Origin: Blastocatellia bacterium
Lineage (GTDB): Bacteria > Acidobacteriota > Blastocatellia > HR10 > J050
NCBI GenBank assembly: GCA_026985075.1
Contig: JALSQX010000020.1
Coordinates: 158,966 to 222,965 of the forward strand
Length of the DNA stretch: 64,000 bases
Direction: 5' to 3'
Notes under the pieces: model-generated
What the model was told of the DNA's origin: nothing
Database searches by the model: none
What the model saw: the letters and a program-made list of their open reading frames with translations, nothing else
Part shown: in pieces, positions 63,317 to 64,000 of the stretch
Layout: every line of letters starts with the position of its first letter
Position numbering within the stretch: the first letter of the stretch is position 1
Translations under genes and position numbers: made by a program

Positions 63317-63937
63317 TCAACTGGGCCGCCGGGTCGTATAGGAGATCCTCACCGCTTCGATCCGCACCTCCCCCGGATTGGTATCCTGCGGATTGTCCTC
63401 AGCCTGCCGCCCAAGCTGAATGGTGAGCAGCTTCGACCCCGCCAGGACCGGATCAACCGTCGTCCCGAATACTGCCCGATACAGACCACCACCGCTGGCC
63501 TCCACAGGCTGATCCACCGGAGCGAGGGTGATCTCGCCTCCCTCCCCCACGGCGCGCAACACGAAGTTCAGGACGACAGTCCCCGGCGGCGAGGGAAGGG
63601 GGAAAGAGCCCACCGAGAACCACACCTCCACCCTCAGTCGCTGATTGAATTGCAGATCGGGCGGCGTAGCCACGGTCTGGGTGATGAAGCTGTCTTCCCC
63701 CGGAGGGAACACGACGCCTGGCCTGTGGAGCGGGACGCCGCGAAAGGTCTCCACAGATAGACTCTCAATCGATGCGCCCCCGCTCGGCACCCCCACCGTC
63801 ACGCTGAACGGGATGAGTTTCTTTTGTCCCCCAGCGCTCCCCTGATCATCAAGGCTCTGGCCGCTCGCCACCCAGACCAGCAAAACCAGAATGACGCTGA
63901 TTGCACCAAACCATACGCTCCTGGAATACCGTCTCAT
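63317..63937 (-). CDS. Secreted hypothetical protein
   Basis: It has a signal peptide and a beta-rich composition, with no recognisable motifs. Confidence 0.45.
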   Translation of the reverse strand: MRRYSRSVWFGAISVILVLLVWVASGQSLDDQGSAGGQKKLIPFSVTVGVPSGGASIESLSVETFRGVPLHRPGVVFPPGEDSFITQTVATPPDLQFNQRLRVEVWFSVGSFPLPSPPGTVVLNFVLRAVGEGGEITLAPVDQPVEASGGGLYRAVFGTTVDPVLAGSKLLTIQLGRQAEDNPQDTNPGEVRIEAVRISYTTRRPS

Positions 63938-64000
63938 AGGCTTCTCCTCATCGCATGTGTTCTGACCCGCCTTACATCCCCACCTCCGGCAATGATCCTC

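Overview
This is a 64-kb high-GC bacterial chromosomal segment that is densely coding, mostly on the minus strand. There are no rRNA or tRNA genes, no CRISPR array, and no transposase or integrase. My reading of its content, in order: (1) 173..13215 is a co-directional block for extracytoplasmic peptide and amide catabolism: aldo/keto reductase, tricorn protease, M55 D-aminopeptidase, secreted M20 amidohydrolase, Tat-amidase and a secreted beta-helix protein, followed by a soluble GAF histidine kinase with a CheY-like receiver. (2) A secreted CarbopepD-repeat protein lies convergent with a 1203-aa polytopic membrane protein, separated by an exact 31-bp direct repeat present twice. (3) Housekeeping genes follow: a FadB/FadJ-type beta-oxidation enzyme, mfd, a SurA-like PPIase, pyrK-pyrD-pyrF, a Nudix hydrolase, pterin-4a-carbinolamine dehydratase and P5C dehydrogenase. 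(4) An Fe-S biogenesis island (erpA, apbC/mrp, DUF971, 7Fe ferredoxin, nfuA) has an unexplained di-iron ferritin-like protein plus B12-binding radical SAM enzyme pair inserted in it. (5) A Lon-like protease with a Walker-A K-to-R substitution is divergent from a tonB. (6) A complete respiratory supercluster is present: caa3 oxidase coxBACD, sco, and alternative complex III actABCDEF. (7) Upstream of it, a di-haem cytochrome c peroxidase, a Tat metallophosphoesterase and a monohaem cytochrome c form a module divergent from an ECF sigma/ZAS anti-sigma pair. (8) A 1039-aa membrane-anchored tandem M16 protein has lost both zinc sites. The content is consistent with a proteolytic, aerobic or microaerobic, probably thermophilic organism (Acidobacteriota-like is only a guess). 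Many ORF-track starts are GTG/TTG extensions, so I re-derived starts from RBS context. The candidate for something genuinely undescribed is the rSAM/di-iron pair in the Fe-S island; the doubly inactive M16 fusion and the oxidative-stress module beside ACIII come next.
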